64,000 nucleotides of DNA, from the NCBI RefSeq assembly GCF_963921235.1, contig NC_086097.1:253210001-253274000 (forward strand). The letters run 5' to 3'. Below are positions 63,251 to 64,000 of this stretch, in pieces. Both the position numbers and the translations under genes were made by a program. Position 1 is the first letter of the stretch; the number at the start of each line of letters is the position of its first letter. The notes under the pieces are model-generated. The model worked only from the letters and a program-made list of their open reading frames with translations, was not told the DNA's origin and searched no databases. The stretch comes from Mobula hypostoma. Its lineage: Eukaryota.

Positions 63251-64000
63251 GATCAGACAGAGTGATCAGCAGCACTGGGGCTCCACAGGGGGGAGCGGGG
63301 CGGGGGGGGGGGACTGTCTTGTCTCCCTTTCTCTTCACCATTTACACCTCGGACTTCAACTACTGCACAGAGTCTTGTCATCTTCAGAAGTTTTCTGATG
63401 ACTCTGCCATAGTTGGATGCATCAGCAAGGGAGATGAGGCTGAGTACAGGGCTATGGTAGGAAACTTTGTCACATGGTGTGAGCAGAATTATCTGCAGCT
63501 TAATGTGAAAAAGACTAAGGAGCTGGTGGTAGACCTGAGGAGAGCTAAGGTACCGGTGACCCCTGTTTCCATCCAGGGGCTCAGTGTGGACATGGTGGAG
63601 GATTACAAATACCCGGCGATACGAATTGACAATAAACTGGACAGGTCAAAGAATACTGAGGCTGTCTACAAGAAGGGTCAGAGCTGTCACTATTTCCTGA
63701 GGAGACTGAGGTCCTTTAACATCTGTCGGACGATGCTAAGGATGTTCTACGAGTCTGTGGTGGCCAGTGCTATCATGTTTGCTGTTGTGTGCTGGGGCAG
63801 CAGGCTGAGGGTAGCAGACACCAACAGAATCAACAAACTCATTTGTAAGGCCAGTGATGTTGTGGGGATGGAACTGGACTCTCTCACGGTGCTGTCTGAA
63901 AAGAGGATGCTGTCTAAGTTGCATGCCATCTTGGACAATGTCTCCCATCCACTACATAATGTACTGGGTGGGCACAGGAGTACATTCAGCCAGAGTCTCA
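63250..64000 (+). mobile_element. Rex1/Babar-like LINE RT, running off the window end
   Basis: STGAPQG, LSPFLFTIYTSDF, QKFSDDSA, LQLNVKKTKELVVD and MFYESVVASAIMFAVVCWG motifs. Confidence 0.92.

Overview
Vertebrate nuclear DNA, most likely a cartilaginous fish (ray/shark; inferred from dense CR1 LINEs, Rex1/Babar-type LINEs and HE1-like V-SINEs). Most of the window is decayed, often nested transposon sequence: many CR1 copies (some with the SGNH-esterase ORF1, one young copy with a 578-aa open RT frame), Rex1-like LINEs, a Penelope-like element with a GIY-YIG domain, tRNA-derived SINEs, Tc1-like remnants, mini-MITEs and solo LTRs. No host gene can be named; a few unique islands carry plausible splice-site-bounded exons, mainly on the minus strand. 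The most notable structures are two intact minimal type I hammerhead ribozymes of Penelope origin (one in a 98-bp insertion with a 12-bp target-site duplication), three LINE-derived minisatellites (one with a hairpin in every unit), an old local triplication with a duplicated candidate terminal exon, and an inverted duplication of a MITE/CR1 junction. I found no CRISPR array or prokaryote-type system. Repeat boundaries are approximate, and all comparisons were made by eye.
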